From Chitinophagales bacterium (GTDB lineage Bacteria > Bacteroidota > Bacteroidia > Chitinophagales > Saprospiraceae): a stretch of 64,000 nt of DNA. The position numbers and the translations under genes are program-made. The notes under the pieces were generated by a model. The model had not been told where the DNA came from. It saw nothing but the letters and a program-made list of their open reading frames with translations, and made no database searches. How positions within the stretch are numbered: the first letter of the stretch is position 1; every line of letters starts with the position of its first letter. The stretch covers positions 78,978 to 142,977 of the forward strand of contig JAAFJY010000001.1 in assembly GCA_013299105.1 (NCBI GenBank), in the 5' to 3' direction. Shown piece by piece: positions 1-10,079 of this stretch.

Positions 1-93
1 CTCATTATGCGCTGCATAACTCCGCTTTTCCTGCCTCGATTAGTCAAAATTTGACTCGTTTTCCAGCTAAATCTCCAATATTTAAACATACTC
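1..93 (-). mobile_element. MITE family 3, partial copy cut by the window edge
   Basis: Reverse complement closely matches 59999-60089. Ends in the terminal repeat tttaaacatactc followed by TTA, which is the stop codon of the panE-like gene. Confidence 0.8.
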
Positions 94-1014
94 TTAAAAA
101 GTTGCTTGCAAGGATTTCACCATCCATGCCATCGCATCATTATAAGGCGTGGGAATGCCCATTTTTTTGCCCATTGATACGATTGCACCGTTGATTACGT
201 CGATTTCGGTTTGTCGGCGGGCTTCTATGTCTTGGTACATGCTCGATTTGCCGCCCACTGCGTTTTTCAACACGGTGGTGATGGCGGTCCAACGTTCGTC
301 AAAGTCAAGTGGAACCCCTTGGGCTTTGGCCACTGCTACCATCTCGTGCAAGAGGGCCGCCATGAGTTTTTCCATCGAATCGTGCTCTACTAACATGTGG
401 GCTTGAAACTGCAAAATGCCGGATGTAGGTAAAGTGCAAACGTTCAAGGCCAATTTGGCGTAGATGTCGCGTACAATATTGTCGGAAACCGTGGTTTGCA
501 GGCCAAAAGCGTTGAAAGCTTTTGCCAATTCATTCAGAATCGGATCAGCAGGTCCATTAGGATTGCCAATGAATGCGATAGGATTCCCAGCTTGCTTCAC
601 CTGCCCCAAGCCCAAAGTAGTGCCGCTGATGTAAGTGACCCCCAAACGCACCCGTTCTGGGCCGAGCAATTCAGAAATCAACGGGCCATTGCCCCAGCCA
701 TTTTGCAGGGACAAAACAATGGTATGGGGACCAATACAAGGCATGGCTTTTTTAACCGCTGCTTCAGTATGGAAACATTTAACAAAAACAATCGCCACGT
801 CCACGATGCCAACGCGCTCAGGTTGCGAAGTGGCTTCAACCTGAATGGTATCGGTATTGCCTTCTTTGTCGGTGATTTGCAGGCCCTTGGTGTTGATTTG
901 AACAATACTTGGCTCGTGGACATCAATGAGGGTGACGGCATGGCCCGTTTGGGCCAGCCTACCGCCAAGGATGCTGCCCATTGCGCCAGTTCCGCCAATA
1001 ATTGCGAATTTCAT
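94..1014 (-). CDS. panE: 2-dehydropantoate 2-reductase (ketopantoate reductase, ApbA/PanE family)
   Basis: N-terminal Rossmann motif IIGGTGAMG, VKC..T, SLQNG, KLALN, C-terminal SSMYQD..RQTEIDVINGAIV..G.PTP. Confidence 0.85.
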   Translation of the reverse strand: MKFAIIGGTGAMGSILGGRLAQTGHAVTLIDVHEPSIVQINTKGLQITDKEGNTDTIQVEATSQPERVGIVDVAIVFVKCFHTEAAVKKAMPCIGPHTIVLSLQNGWGNGPLISELLGPERVRLGVTYISGTTLGLGQVKQAGNPIAFIGNPNGPADPILNELAKAFNAFGLQTTVSDNIVRDIYAKLALNVCTLPTSGILQFQAHMLVEHDSMEKLMAALLHEMVAVAKAQGVPLDFDERWTAITTVLKNAVGGKSSMYQDIEARRQTEIDVINGAIVSMGKKMGIPTPYNDAMAWMVKSLQATF

Positions 1015-1183
1015 GAAAATGTTTTCTGTTTGTTTCGTACGTGGGTAGCCCGGGGCAAATATAATTGGTAAAATTTCAGCCCTCTAATCAGTATTTTTGC
1101 GAGCTATAATACTATTTTTGCAAGAAATTGCTTACTTGTGAAAATCGTATCAGCTTCGAGCAAGATTTGCACCATACCAGGCT

Positions 1184-2050
1184 ATGAAACCTACCTTTCG
1201 TAAACTAGACAGTCCCATCGGTGGTTCTTTTTTGATCAAGACCGATGACATTCCACTGCACAATCCCTGGCATTACCATCCAGAAATTGAGTTGATGTAT
1301 TTTCATCGTGCAGTAGGTTCCCGTTTCATCGGCGACAACATCGGCAAAATCAATGAGGGTGAAATGGTTTTGATTGGTAGCAATTTGCCCCATTGCATCC
1401 AACGCAATTGGCAACACTACAAGCAAGCCATTCACGACAGCCCACAAGTGAAAATCATCCAATTTTTACCCGACTTTTTGGGAAAAGACTTTTGGCGCAG
1501 CCCAGAGATGCAGGGCTTGCAGCGGTTTTTCGATACCGCAGGCGAAGGTTTGCTTTTTTCCCCGCAAGATTTAGGAGAGTTGGGTTCGCGTGTACTTGGC
1601 CTTGTTGACCTCAGCCCAGCGGCGCGCTTGTTGGAGTTGCTGAATGTGTTGCTGTGCTTGTCTCAAACCCCCAGCAAACCACTCGCCAGTACCGCTTTTG
1701 TGGAGACCTACAGCCAATCGCATCACCATAAGTTGAATCGGGTGTACGAATACTCGGTTAACCACTTCATGGACAAAATTCTCATTTCGGACGTAGCCAA
1801 GTTGGCACATTTGACCGAGGCCGCTTTTTGTCGTTTTTTCAAACAACACACAGGAAAAACCTACATCCAGTACCTGGCTGAGTTGCGGATCGCTTTTGCC
1901 TGCAAAATGCTGAGTGAAAACCAGCACACCATCCGCAGCATTGCCGCTGAATGTGGGTATCAAAACCTGTCTTTGTTCAATAGGCAATTCAAGGAGATTA
2001 AAAAGATTACGCCTAGCGTGTTTTTGGAGAAAGCATCAGAAAAGGCTTAG
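1184..2050 (+). CDS. AraC family transcriptional regulator, divergent from panE-like gene
   Basis: WHYHPEIEL cupin N-terminus; C-terminal double HTH (FCRFFKQHTG, RIAFACKML, CGYQNLSLFNRQFK). Confidence 0.92.
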   Translation: MKPTFRKLDSPIGGSFLIKTDDIPLHNPWHYHPEIELMYFHRAVGSRFIGDNIGKINEGEMVLIGSNLPHCIQRNWQHYKQAIHDSPQVKIIQFLPDFLGKDFWRSPEMQGLQRFFDTAGEGLLFSPQDLGELGSRVLGLVDLSPAARLLELLNVLLCLSQTPSKPLASTAFVETYSQSHHHKLNRVYEYSVNHFMDKILISDVAKLAHLTEAAFCRFFKQHTGKTYIQYLAELRIAFACKMLSENQHTIRSIAAECGYQNLSLFNRQFKEIKKITPSVFLEKASEKA

Positions 2051-2088
2051 TGACAAGCCACGAATAAACCTTACCAAATCGCAACTGC

Positions 2089-2455
2089 GTTGCCTCGCTG
2101 CGCGAGGCCATTTTTGGAACACGGATGACACGGATTACGCGGATTTACACGGATTTCCAGCATGACGTTGACCATGATGTTGACAACTAGCAATTAAAAA
2201 AATTGGAAAGGTTTATTTTTGAACCGTTACTTAGGGTCGCGAAGCGGGCCAATTCTGAAAATTCTTTAAAATTCACGTTTGGTCAACGTCATAGGAACAG
2301 GAAAGAAATAAAGTGGACATCTTTGACTTTTGATTAAGCCCTTTGTGTGGCACCGTTATCGCCAAAATCACGGTCAAAATCATGCTGGAAATCAGTGAAA
2401 ATCAGTTTTATCCGTTTCATCCGTGTTCCCAACTAGCCTCGCGCAGCGAGGCAAC
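2089..2455. repeat. Composite inverted-repeat element (REP/MITE-like) with ~90 bp imperfect arms
   Basis: Arm 2089-2181 is the imperfect reverse complement of arm 2364-2455. The interior 2240-2293 resembles 11323-11377. Confidence 0.8.
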
Positions 2456-2502
2456 CAAGATGTCCAATTTATTTAATCTGCGGCCCATACAAGAAATCCC
2501 GT

Positions 2503-2578
2503 AATTCTGGTATTCTGCAAATTCTGGTTTAGACAAAATTCTGGTTTAGACAAAAAATTCTGGTTTAGACAAAAAAAA
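2503..2578 (+). repeat. Tandem repeat aattctggtttagacaa(a)n x3
   Basis: Units start at about 2520, 2537 and 2556; a single unit also occurs at 11417-11437. Confidence 0.85.
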
Positions 2579-2736
2579 CTCGCTTGATTGTTGGGACCGC
2601 CTTGCTCCGAAGTTTTCACTACTCCGGGAACTAAAAAGCGGAATTATGCTTTTATCTGTAAACTTTGTAAATTGTGTCGCTTGCCAGAAAACCCCTGCTA
2701 TTTTGCATCCAAGCCAAAAGTAACCCACGAACCTTT

Positions 2737-4776
2737 ATGAACATCAACAATTTCCCCAGTGATTTGCTGGAAAAAAAGGAAAGACTAGCTTCTGCTGTTG
2801 CCCAGTTGAAAACAGAATTTGTAGCCCTGGATGGCGTGATTGACGAGATCGCCGACTTGATGCTGCCCTGGTGGCTGTTTCCCGACTCCCAATTGCGGCC
2901 TACCATCATCAACTTGTGGGGCATGACGGGCAGTGGCAAAACGGCCCTGATCCGCCGCCTAGCAGAAACCTTGAGCTATGACCATGCCTTGCTGCGATTC
3001 GACATGGGCGAATTTGGTACTTCGGGCACTTTTCTCAAATATATCCTGTCCAATCAACTGTCTCAGTTCAACGAAAAAGCGCCGATTTTGCTTTTCGATG
3101 AATTCCAATTTGCCAAAACCCTGGATGAAGGCGGCCGCGAAGCCAATAACATTGCCTTGAGGGCTATTTGGGACCTGCTGGACAGCGGAATCATCAACGT
3201 AGAATCGAGTTCCAACGTCTATTATATTGGTCGGGCCTACCGGGCAGTCAAGCTCATTGAGCGCTGTATGGCCCAGGGAGTTGTGATCAAAAAAGGCCGC
3301 ATTGTAGAAGGCACCGAGGTCGTGAAATCGATGTTTGGCGACTTTGTGATGGGATATTACGATGGCAGTGTGGACCGTAGTGAGGGCGAGCCCTACAAAG
3401 ATGAAGAGTATTTTCTGACCGACCATTTCTGTACGGGTATCTATGAAGTAAGGCCTGGCCCATACCACACTTACAAGGACATCGTTGACCTAATCGAAGA
3501 AATGAACAGCTTGCAGGAATTGGTCGATTTCATTCGCAAAACAGTACAGGAAGAGGAGAAGCCCAAGATCATGAACCTCTCCCACGCGCTAATTTTTGTG
3601 GTCGGTAACCTCGATGAAGCTTTTTACATGAGCAGCAACATCAACCCCGATATTTCGCCGGACGAGTTTTACCGCAACACCAAAAAAATCAATATCGCCG
3701 ACGTGAAATTTGCCCTCCAAAGGCGCTTTCGCAACGAGCAGATCGCACGCCTGGGCAACAATCACATCATTTACCACGCCTTCCGCTCCAGCGATTATTA
3801 CAAGTACATCGACATGTCCTTGTCTAAGCTGTCTTCAACGGTACAGGAAAAATATGGCTTTGAGTTCAGTTGGGACGACAGCATACGCGAAATCATTTTC
3901 AAAGAAGGCGTTTTCCCCACCCAAGGCGTGCGTCCAATAATGAGTACGATTCGCAACCTGGTGGAAAGTTATGTGAGCAAACTCATTTTGCACCTGGTAG
4001 AAAACAAAATGAGCGCAGTGGACAAAATCCACTGGGGCTACCGCAACAACCGTTACTGGTTTGATTTTGAAGAAGTTAAAAAAGGAATGCATAAGCAGTG
4101 GAGCCTACCTGTAACCTTGAAAATCAACAGCCTACGCCAAAGCAAAAGTGATGACCTGCAAAGCCAAGTGGCAGTACATGAATCGGGTCATGCTATCCTT
4201 TGTATATTTGCCACGGGTTTGTTGCCAGAGTACGTCATTACCCGTACGGTAGACAGCGAGAGCCAGGGTTTTACCTACATTCGTTTCCCCGAAGACATTT
4301 CCTCGTATCGCCTGATGCGGGACCAGATCACCATTTTCTTGGGCGGCTACCTGGCCGAAAAACTGATTTTTGGTGCCGAAAACACCTCAACTGGAGTGTC
4401 CGATGATTTGCGGCGGGTGTCGGAGTTGTCGCAGCAATGCCTGCGAGAGTTTGGCATGGGTGGTGATCCGGTCAAAATCAACAACCATGCCTACGGCGGC
4501 AATCCTTTCCAGTACACGTTCACGGAAGAACTGGAGGCCAAAGCCCTGGAATTGGTCAAAGCCTGCGAAGCTCGTGGCCAGGAAATCCTGGAAGCCCACC
4601 GCGACTTGCTGCTGGACATGAGCATTTACCTGAGCTCGCACAGCCGCCTCGACAAGGCGCAGATGCGGCGCATGGCTTATCGCTATTTTGAACGCAAGGG
4701 CCTGGAGCGGGTGAAATTCATCAACAACACTGAGTATTACGGGTTCAAGAAGCGATTGGGAGAAATACGAAACTGA
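2737..4776 (+). CDS. Soluble AAA+ ATPase (Clp D2-like) fused to a C-terminal peptidase M41 (FtsH-like) domain
   Basis: Walker A GMTGSGKT, Walker B LLFDE, QGVRP; HESGH zinc motif followed by FLGGYLAE and GVSDD; no transmembrane segment seen. Start set at ATG 2737; the open frame begins at 2674. Confidence 0.75.
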   Translation: MNINNFPSDLLEKKERLASAVAQLKTEFVALDGVIDEIADLMLPWWLFPDSQLRPTIINLWGMTGSGKTALIRRLAETLSYDHALLRFDMGEFGTSGTFLKYILSNQLSQFNEKAPILLFDEFQFAKTLDEGGREANNIALRAIWDLLDSGIINVESSSNVYYIGRAYRAVKLIERCMAQGVVIKKGRIVEGTEVVKSMFGDFVMGYYDGSVDRSEGEPYKDEEYFLTDHFCTGIYEVRPGPYHTYKDIVDLIEEMNSLQELVDFIRKTVQEEEKPKIMNLSHALIFVVGNLDEAFYMSSNINPDISPDEFYRNTKKINIADVKFALQRRFRNEQIARLGNNHIIYHAFRSSDYYKYIDMSLSKLSSTVQEKYGFEFSWDDSIREIIFKEGVFPTQGVRPIMSTIRNLVESYVSKLILHLVENKMSAVDKIHWGYRNNRYWFDFEEVKKGMHKQWSLPVTLKINSLRQSKSDDLQSQVAVHESGHAILCIFATGLLPEYVITRTVDSESQGFTYIRFPEDISSYRLMRDQITIFLGGYLAEKLIFGAENTSTGVSDDLRRVSELSQQCLREFGMGGDPVKINNHAYGGNPFQYTFTEELEAKALELVKACEARGQEILEAHRDLLLDMSIYLSSHSRLDKAQMRRMAYRYFERKGLERVKFINNTEYYGFKKRLGEIRN

Positions 4777-4807
4777 CGCTCACAAAATCAAGTTTTGAAC
4801 TCCAAAA

Positions 4808-4877
4808 GCCCTGAAAGGGCGAGATATGTCAGCGATGGGCGCAGTCCATCGGAATGGGCGCAGTCCATCGAAATGGG
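4808..4877 (+). repeat. REP-like element: gccctgaaagggc hairpin plus a 19 bp tandem palindromic unit
   Basis: atgggcgcagtccatcg(g/a)a at 4835 and 4854; the unit is self-complementary (gatggg...tccatc). Confidence 0.65.
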
Positions 4878-4895
4878 ATATATTTTGTACAAGTC

Positions 4896-6392
4896 ATGCA
4901 GAAACAAGATTTCGATATCGCAATCGTAGGCGCAGGCTTTGCAGGCATTGGCATGGCCATGAGGCTCAAAAAGGCTGGCTTTGATTCCTTTGTGCTGTTT
5001 GAGCGAGCAGCACAGGTGGGTGGCACTTGGCGCGACAATACCTATCCGGGCTGTGGCTGCGATGTGCATTCGCACTTGTACAGTTATTCCTTCGAGTTGA
5101 ACCCACAGTGGTCCTTGCAGTTTTCAAAACAGCCGGAGATTTTGGCCTACCTGCTGGATTGTGTGCAAAAGCATGGCTTAGCGCCACATTTGCGCCTGAA
5201 CACGGAGATCGTCAAAGTAGTTTTTTCGGAGCAAGCAGGGCTTTACCACATCAGCGATCAACAGGGGCAAACCCACAAGGTACGCCTGGTGATTTCGGCC
5301 TTGGGGCCACTCAATCGACCACAGGTGCCGGAATTGCAAGGAATGGAAACTTTTGAAGGCCCGGTATTTCATTCGTCCAATTGGCAGCACGATTTGGATT
5401 TGACAGGCAAAAAAGTAGCAGTAATTGGCACTGGAGCCAGCGCGATTCAATTTGTACCTGAATTGGCCAAAATAGTGGCTAAATTGAGTATTTTTCAGCG
5501 TACTCCGCCTTATGTCACGCCCAAACCGGATGCCGTCATTTCGGAAAAAACCAAGGCTTTGTTCCAGCATTTTCCAGGGCTGATGAAATTGCGCAGAGAA
5601 AGCATTTTTTGGTTCAACGAGTTCGTCGGTTTGGGGATCATGGGCAACAAGAGCATTGGTAAATTGGCCAAAAAGGAGGCCTTGGACCACCTCAAAGCCC
5701 AGGTAAAAGACCCCGTGTTGCGCCAAAAATTGACGCCTGATTACAACATCGGCTGCAAGCGCATTTTGGTTTCCAATGACTACTACCCAAGCCTGCAATT
5801 GGAGCAGGTCGATTTGATTTGCGATGGCATCGCCGAAATTCAACCCAAGGGTTTGCTGACCAAAGCTGGGGCTTTTGTCGAAGCAGAGGTGATCATTTTT
5901 GGCACGGGTTTCCACGTTTCAGCCTACCCGGAGCAGTTTGTCAAAAACTTCAAAGTACTTGGCTTGCAAGGGAGAGATTTGTTTAAACAGTGGTCGCAAA
6001 CGGGGTTCGAAGCCTACAAAGGAACCAGTACGTATGGATTTCCCAACCTGCTTTTCCTGCTCGGACCCAATACTGGCTTGGGTCACAACTCGGTTGTCCA
6101 CATCATGGAGTCGCAGATGACTTATATTTTGGACTACTACCAAAAACTACGGGCCATGCCACCAGGTACTTATTTTGATGTAAAAACGGAAGTACAAACG
6201 GCCTACAATCGAGCGCTCCAAACCCAGTTCAAAGATACCGCCTGGGCATCAGGCTGCCAGAGTTATTACCTCAGCGATGGGGGCAAAAACACCACGCTTT
6301 TTCCCCGTACCAATACCAGGTTCAGGCGCTTGCTCAAAAAAATGGATTTGGGGGATTATGAGATAAGCCCAATAGCAATAGAGAAGCGTTGA
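4896..6392 (+). CDS. Flavin-containing monooxygenase (Baeyer-Villiger type)
   Basis: GAGFAG FAD motif, GGTW..NTYPG..CD, fingerprint FEGPVFHSSNW, second Rossmann GTGASA, GCKR, ATG-like GTGF. Confidence 0.92.
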   Translation: MQKQDFDIAIVGAGFAGIGMAMRLKKAGFDSFVLFERAAQVGGTWRDNTYPGCGCDVHSHLYSYSFELNPQWSLQFSKQPEILAYLLDCVQKHGLAPHLRLNTEIVKVVFSEQAGLYHISDQQGQTHKVRLVISALGPLNRPQVPELQGMETFEGPVFHSSNWQHDLDLTGKKVAVIGTGASAIQFVPELAKIVAKLSIFQRTPPYVTPKPDAVISEKTKALFQHFPGLMKLRRESIFWFNEFVGLGIMGNKSIGKLAKKEALDHLKAQVKDPVLRQKLTPDYNIGCKRILVSNDYYPSLQLEQVDLICDGIAEIQPKGLLTKAGAFVEAEVIIFGTGFHVSAYPEQFVKNFKVLGLQGRDLFKQWSQTGFEAYKGTSTYGFPNLLFLLGPNTGLGHNSVVHIMESQMTYILDYYQKLRAMPPGTYFDVKTEVQTAYNRALQTQFKDTAWASGCQSYYLSDGGKNTTLFPRTNTRFRRLLKKMDLGDYEISPIAIEKR

Positions 6393-6473
6393 AAAAAACA
6401 TGAGTTATGAGTGGAGGCTCCTCAGTGAACCCACACTCATAACTCATAATTCATAACTCCTAACCTACTCCTG

Positions 6474-8447
6474 TCAAATCCGCTGCAAATGCGGATCCAC
6501 CATCGTATGCAAAGTGGCCAATGCCAGGCTGCGGGCCTGGGAGGGATTGTTGCCTTTGCCCAGGAAATACTCTTCCATATCAATCAAGCTACGCTGGAAA
6601 ACGATTTTGAAACTTTTCACCAGGTCTTGGTGCATCAGGTCTTGCTGCGCCCAGGTATCGAGGCGGGTGAAGAGGTCCTGGCTCCAGTTTTCCAATTGGG
6701 CTTGCTCGTTGGCGTCGGGCGGAGTGATACCTTGGTAGAGTTTGTTGCGCTGGTTAAACGCTTGGGTCATCAGCGCGGGAGAAGGGTCTTGCACGCCAAT
6801 GTCTTGGGCGATCGTTTTCAGGATTTGAACCGACTCCCATTCTTTGGTTTCTTCACAGGGCTGGCTGGGCAAAGCCATGTTCGACACGTTGTTGAATTGA
6901 GCTTGGGCTTCGGCGCTTTCGTTGGGGTGGCGATCCTGCAACCAACAGGGCAATGGATATTCTGAGCCATAAGCGGCATGCAAGCAGAACAAGTGCAGGA
7001 GTACCTGCCGCAGGTTAGCATAGGCGTAAGTGCTGCGGCCATCCAAGCCAATTTGGTTGGCATTGGGGTTGCTGTTGTACACCTCACGGATGGCACTATT
7101 CATCAGGTTGTTCACCTCAAAACCCGCGCCCTTGCTGCGAAACAACTCGTAAGCCTGGTAAGCTTTGGCCAGGGGGTGCTGGTAGGGTGCCAGGGTAGTA
7201 CTGGCATTTGGAGCCCGATCCAGTCGATTGAGGACATTAGACAGGTTTTCACTACTGCTTCCTCCTTTGTTTTGTTGCGACCATAGGCTGTAGCGCTGCA
7301 TCACCCGGTTGTTGGTCTTGTAATAATCAAAAGCTTGCTCGGTAGCCAGGTTGTAATAGCCATCGGCATTGAAGCGGTAAGCTTGTTCTGCTTGCAAAGC
7401 CAATTGCAGATCTTGTACCGATTGGCGCTGCACATGGGCATAGGCCAAGCTGGCATTTGGTTTATTGTTGTTCGCTTGGGGGTTGGCGTTTGGGTTGGGC
7501 TGCACTCCGCCACGCGCTTGGTAGCTGTACTCACTGGGGACAGGGTTGGTACTGGAAACACTGGGACTTGGGTTATTGGGCACGCCCCTTGGCTGGGTTT
7601 GAGGAGGATAGTTTGCTTGCGGCTGATTACCTTGTGTTTGATCCCAGCGGAAACCACCCTGCGGGGGATAGTTGTTTTGGGGCTGGGGCTGATTGCTGGG
7701 CACGCTGGTGTAGGTACCAGGATTGGGCGTAGAATAAGTGGGTACACCAGGTGTAGTGCTGGCTATCGGCGTTGAATTGTCGAGGGTGTAATCAACTGGG
7801 ATGAAGTTTGGTTCCTTGTGTTGGGGATAAGTGCCCAGGGTGACATTACTGGGTTTGGGACCTATTTTTACAGTCGCGCCAATTTCTTTGACGGGTTCAC
7901 CCAGTTCAAAATTGCTTACTTTATCCAAAAAAGTAGGATGGGCGGTACGCACAAAAGCATCGGTAAAGCCGAGGGCCTGGATTTTTGCCAAGTGCTTTTT
8001 GGCTTCCTCAATGTTGGGATAAATACCCGCCAGGACCTTGGCCCCTTGCTGGTTGGGAATGACAAATAAGTCACCAGCTTGTCTCAGACGTGCCCAGTTG
8101 GTATTGCTGCCATTGCTCAGGATCGCAATTTGAATAGAAGCTACTGAAAGGTTATCCTTGACCTGGTACTGTTGGATTTTAGCGGCTGAAAAGCCCATTT
8201 TTTGTACCTGGTGCAGGGCCAGTGCGGCTTCAAAGGGTGCATCATAGCCCCCCATGTACACATCATACACCCCTTGGGCTGGTTTTTCCTTGGCAAACAG
8301 ATAGCCTACTTTACCCAGTGGTTTGAAATCAGTAGTATTGTTGCTGAAGGTACCCAAATGGATGGTGTAATAGCTGTTGTTGTTGGTTTGGGCACTTAAC
8401 AAAACAGCCCAACAGCAGGCCAATAAGAATGTTAGATTTTTGCGCAT
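6474..8447 (-). CDS. Exported SPOR-like / peptidoglycan-binding protein with long P/Q/N-rich linker
   Basis: Signal peptide MRKNLTF..LSA|Q; SPOR-like segments (YTIHLGTF..A..L..GF..A; VLAGIY..A..L..LGFTDAFV); PG_binding_1-like VQDLQLAL..DGYY..TEQA. Confidence 0.6.
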   Translation of the reverse strand: MRKNLTFLLACCWAVLLSAQTNNNSYYTIHLGTFSNNTTDFKPLGKVGYLFAKEKPAQGVYDVYMGGYDAPFEAALALHQVQKMGFSAAKIQQYQVKDNLSVASIQIAILSNGSNTNWARLRQAGDLFVIPNQQGAKVLAGIYPNIEEAKKHLAKIQALGFTDAFVRTAHPTFLDKVSNFELGEPVKEIGATVKIGPKPSNVTLGTYPQHKEPNFIPVDYTLDNSTPIASTTPGVPTYSTPNPGTYTSVPSNQPQPQNNYPPQGGFRWDQTQGNQPQANYPPQTQPRGVPNNPSPSVSSTNPVPSEYSYQARGGVQPNPNANPQANNNKPNASLAYAHVQRQSVQDLQLALQAEQAYRFNADGYYNLATEQAFDYYKTNNRVMQRYSLWSQQNKGGSSSENLSNVLNRLDRAPNASTTLAPYQHPLAKAYQAYELFRSKGAGFEVNNLMNSAIREVYNSNPNANQIGLDGRSTYAYANLRQVLLHLFCLHAAYGSEYPLPCWLQDRHPNESAEAQAQFNNVSNMALPSQPCEETKEWESVQILKTIAQDIGVQDPSPALMTQAFNQRNKLYQGITPPDANEQAQLENWSQDLFTRLDTWAQQDLMHQDLVKSFKIVFQRSLIDMEEYFLGKGNNPSQARSLALATLHTMVDPHLQRI

Positions 8448-8661
8448 GGCAAAGTTTTTAGCTTTTTGGGACTCGTCCAAAGCCCGATTTGTAGACTTCT
8501 GACGCAGTTCATGGAAAATTGTCATCTTTTGTTTCAGTTCGCTGTCAAATCGACAGTTCAACCAGCTTGGACCGAAAGTTGTTTATACGAATTTGAATGC
8601 ATTTGGTTGGCTGCGAGCAAGCCCTTTTTCAGCAACTGGTGCATTCTCCAAGCAAAAACGT

Positions 8662-9525
8662 ATGAACCAAAGATCTGTTGTTTATTCGGCCAAAAGTGAA
8701 AGAATGATGATGGGTAAAACCGCCATCAAGCAGGCTTTGCCTGATGCAAAGCTCGAGCAAATCAGCCCTTTTTTGCTCTTGCACCACTTTGGCCCCACCA
8801 AAGTAGCCCCAGGAAATGACCCACTAGGGGTTGGCCCGCACCCACACCGGGGCTTTGAACCCATCACATTTTTGTACCAGGGCGGCATTCGACACAAGGA
8901 TAGCCGAGGCAACGAGGGATTCCTGAGCGGAGGAGATGTGCAATGGATGACTGCTGGCCTTGGCATCATTCACAGCGAGTACGCTTCAAAGGAGTTTTTG
9001 CAAGAAGGTGGTACGATGGAAGGCATTCAATTGTGGGTCAACCTGCCAAGTACCGATAAAATGGCTCAACCTGCTTACCAAGACATCAAGCGTGAACGCA
9101 TCCCAAGTTGGACAGAAGACCAGGGCCGGGTTACGCACCGCCTGGTAGCAGGGCAATTCGCTGATAAACAAGGCCCTGCCCGTACTTTCACCCCTTTGAT
9201 GGCCTTGCAAACTGAACTGGAGGCGGGTGGCGAAACTTTTGTCCCGATTCCTTCCACTTTTAATGCATTCCTTTATATTTTGGGGGGCGAAGTGGAAATC
9301 AATGGCGATCAACATTTTTTTGGAGAAATGTTGGTCCAATTTGGTAACTCTGGCGATGGTTTTACGTTAAAAGGAGTGTCCGCGGCGCAAGTCTTGGTTT
9401 TAGCCGGAGAACCCATTCACGAACCCGTAGCCCAATGGGGCCCTTACGTGATGAATACCCAAACGGAATTGCTAGAAGCCATGCGCGATTACCAAATGGG
9501 AAAAATGGGAGTGTACATCGAGTGA
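8662..9525 (+). CDS. Pirin family protein
   Basis: HPHRGFEPIT, H.DSRGN, VQWMTAG.GIIHSE, QLWVNLP, GEPI.EPV..WGP.VMNT. Confidence 0.93.
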   Translation: MNQRSVVYSAKSERMMMGKTAIKQALPDAKLEQISPFLLLHHFGPTKVAPGNDPLGVGPHPHRGFEPITFLYQGGIRHKDSRGNEGFLSGGDVQWMTAGLGIIHSEYASKEFLQEGGTMEGIQLWVNLPSTDKMAQPAYQDIKRERIPSWTEDQGRVTHRLVAGQFADKQGPARTFTPLMALQTELEAGGETFVPIPSTFNAFLYILGGEVEINGDQHFFGEMLVQFGNSGDGFTLKGVSAAQVLVLAGEPIHEPVAQWGPYVMNTQTELLEAMRDYQMGKMGVYIE

Positions 9526-9589
9526 AACAAATCATAAGCAACATGTCTAAAGGGGTAGCATCTTTGGACGCATAACTTGAATAGAACTG

Positions 9590-9886
9590 ATGAAAAGATC
9601 GTACATGGTGGAATTTGAGCTTCCGGAACAACTCACCGAAGATTTCCTGACGCTGATTCCCGAACAACGTTTGATGGTAGACAACCTGATGACCGAAGGC
9701 AAAGTACGCTCCTATTCGTTGGCCATGGATCGTTCTGTTTTATGGATGATTTTGGACGCCAATTCTGAGTTTGAGGCCATGGAAATCATTGCCCAACTCC
9801 CACTGAGCGACTACATGCAGCCTTTCATTTCGGAACTGATGTTCCACACCACTTCCGAAGCTACGCTTCACTTCTCATTGAACTAG
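9590..9886 (+). CDS. Muconolactone delta-isomerase-like small protein
   Basis: 98 aa ferredoxin-like pattern (LIPEQR..V..LM.EG..SY.L..DRS.LW....LPL..YM) that I recognise from Bacteroidota MIase-like proteins. Confidence 0.6.
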   Translation: MKRSYMVEFELPEQLTEDFLTLIPEQRLMVDNLMTEGKVRSYSLAMDRSVLWMILDANSEFEAMEIIAQLPLSDYMQPFISELMFHTTSEATLHFSLN

Positions 9887-10023
9887 GAGAGCGTAAAAAA
9901 AGAAGGTGGACAGATTTGGGTTTAGTGAAAAAAGAAAAGCAACTGGATGAAAGGAAGTTGTGTTCTTTTTTTACTAAACCTTAAAAGCAAATATGGCCAC
10001 ATTATTTTAGCTCAAATACTAAG
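9883..10023 (+). mobile_element. MITE family 2, copy 1 (short subtype)
   Basis: gagcgtaaaaaa...tttgggtttagtgaaaaaa...aactgga...ttattttagctcaaatac; similar to 12101, 34309 and 40750. Starts at the TAG stop of the upstream gene. Confidence 0.8.
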
Positions 10024-10079
10024 GCACCTGCCTGGATGGGCCTTCAATAAAAGGCCCATCCAGGCAAAAATTCATCTCG

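Noticed and set aside
2503-2578. CRISPR array
   Set aside because: The repeats are ~17 bp, directly abutting, with no unique spacers and no cas genes. No CRISPR array was seen anywhere in the window.
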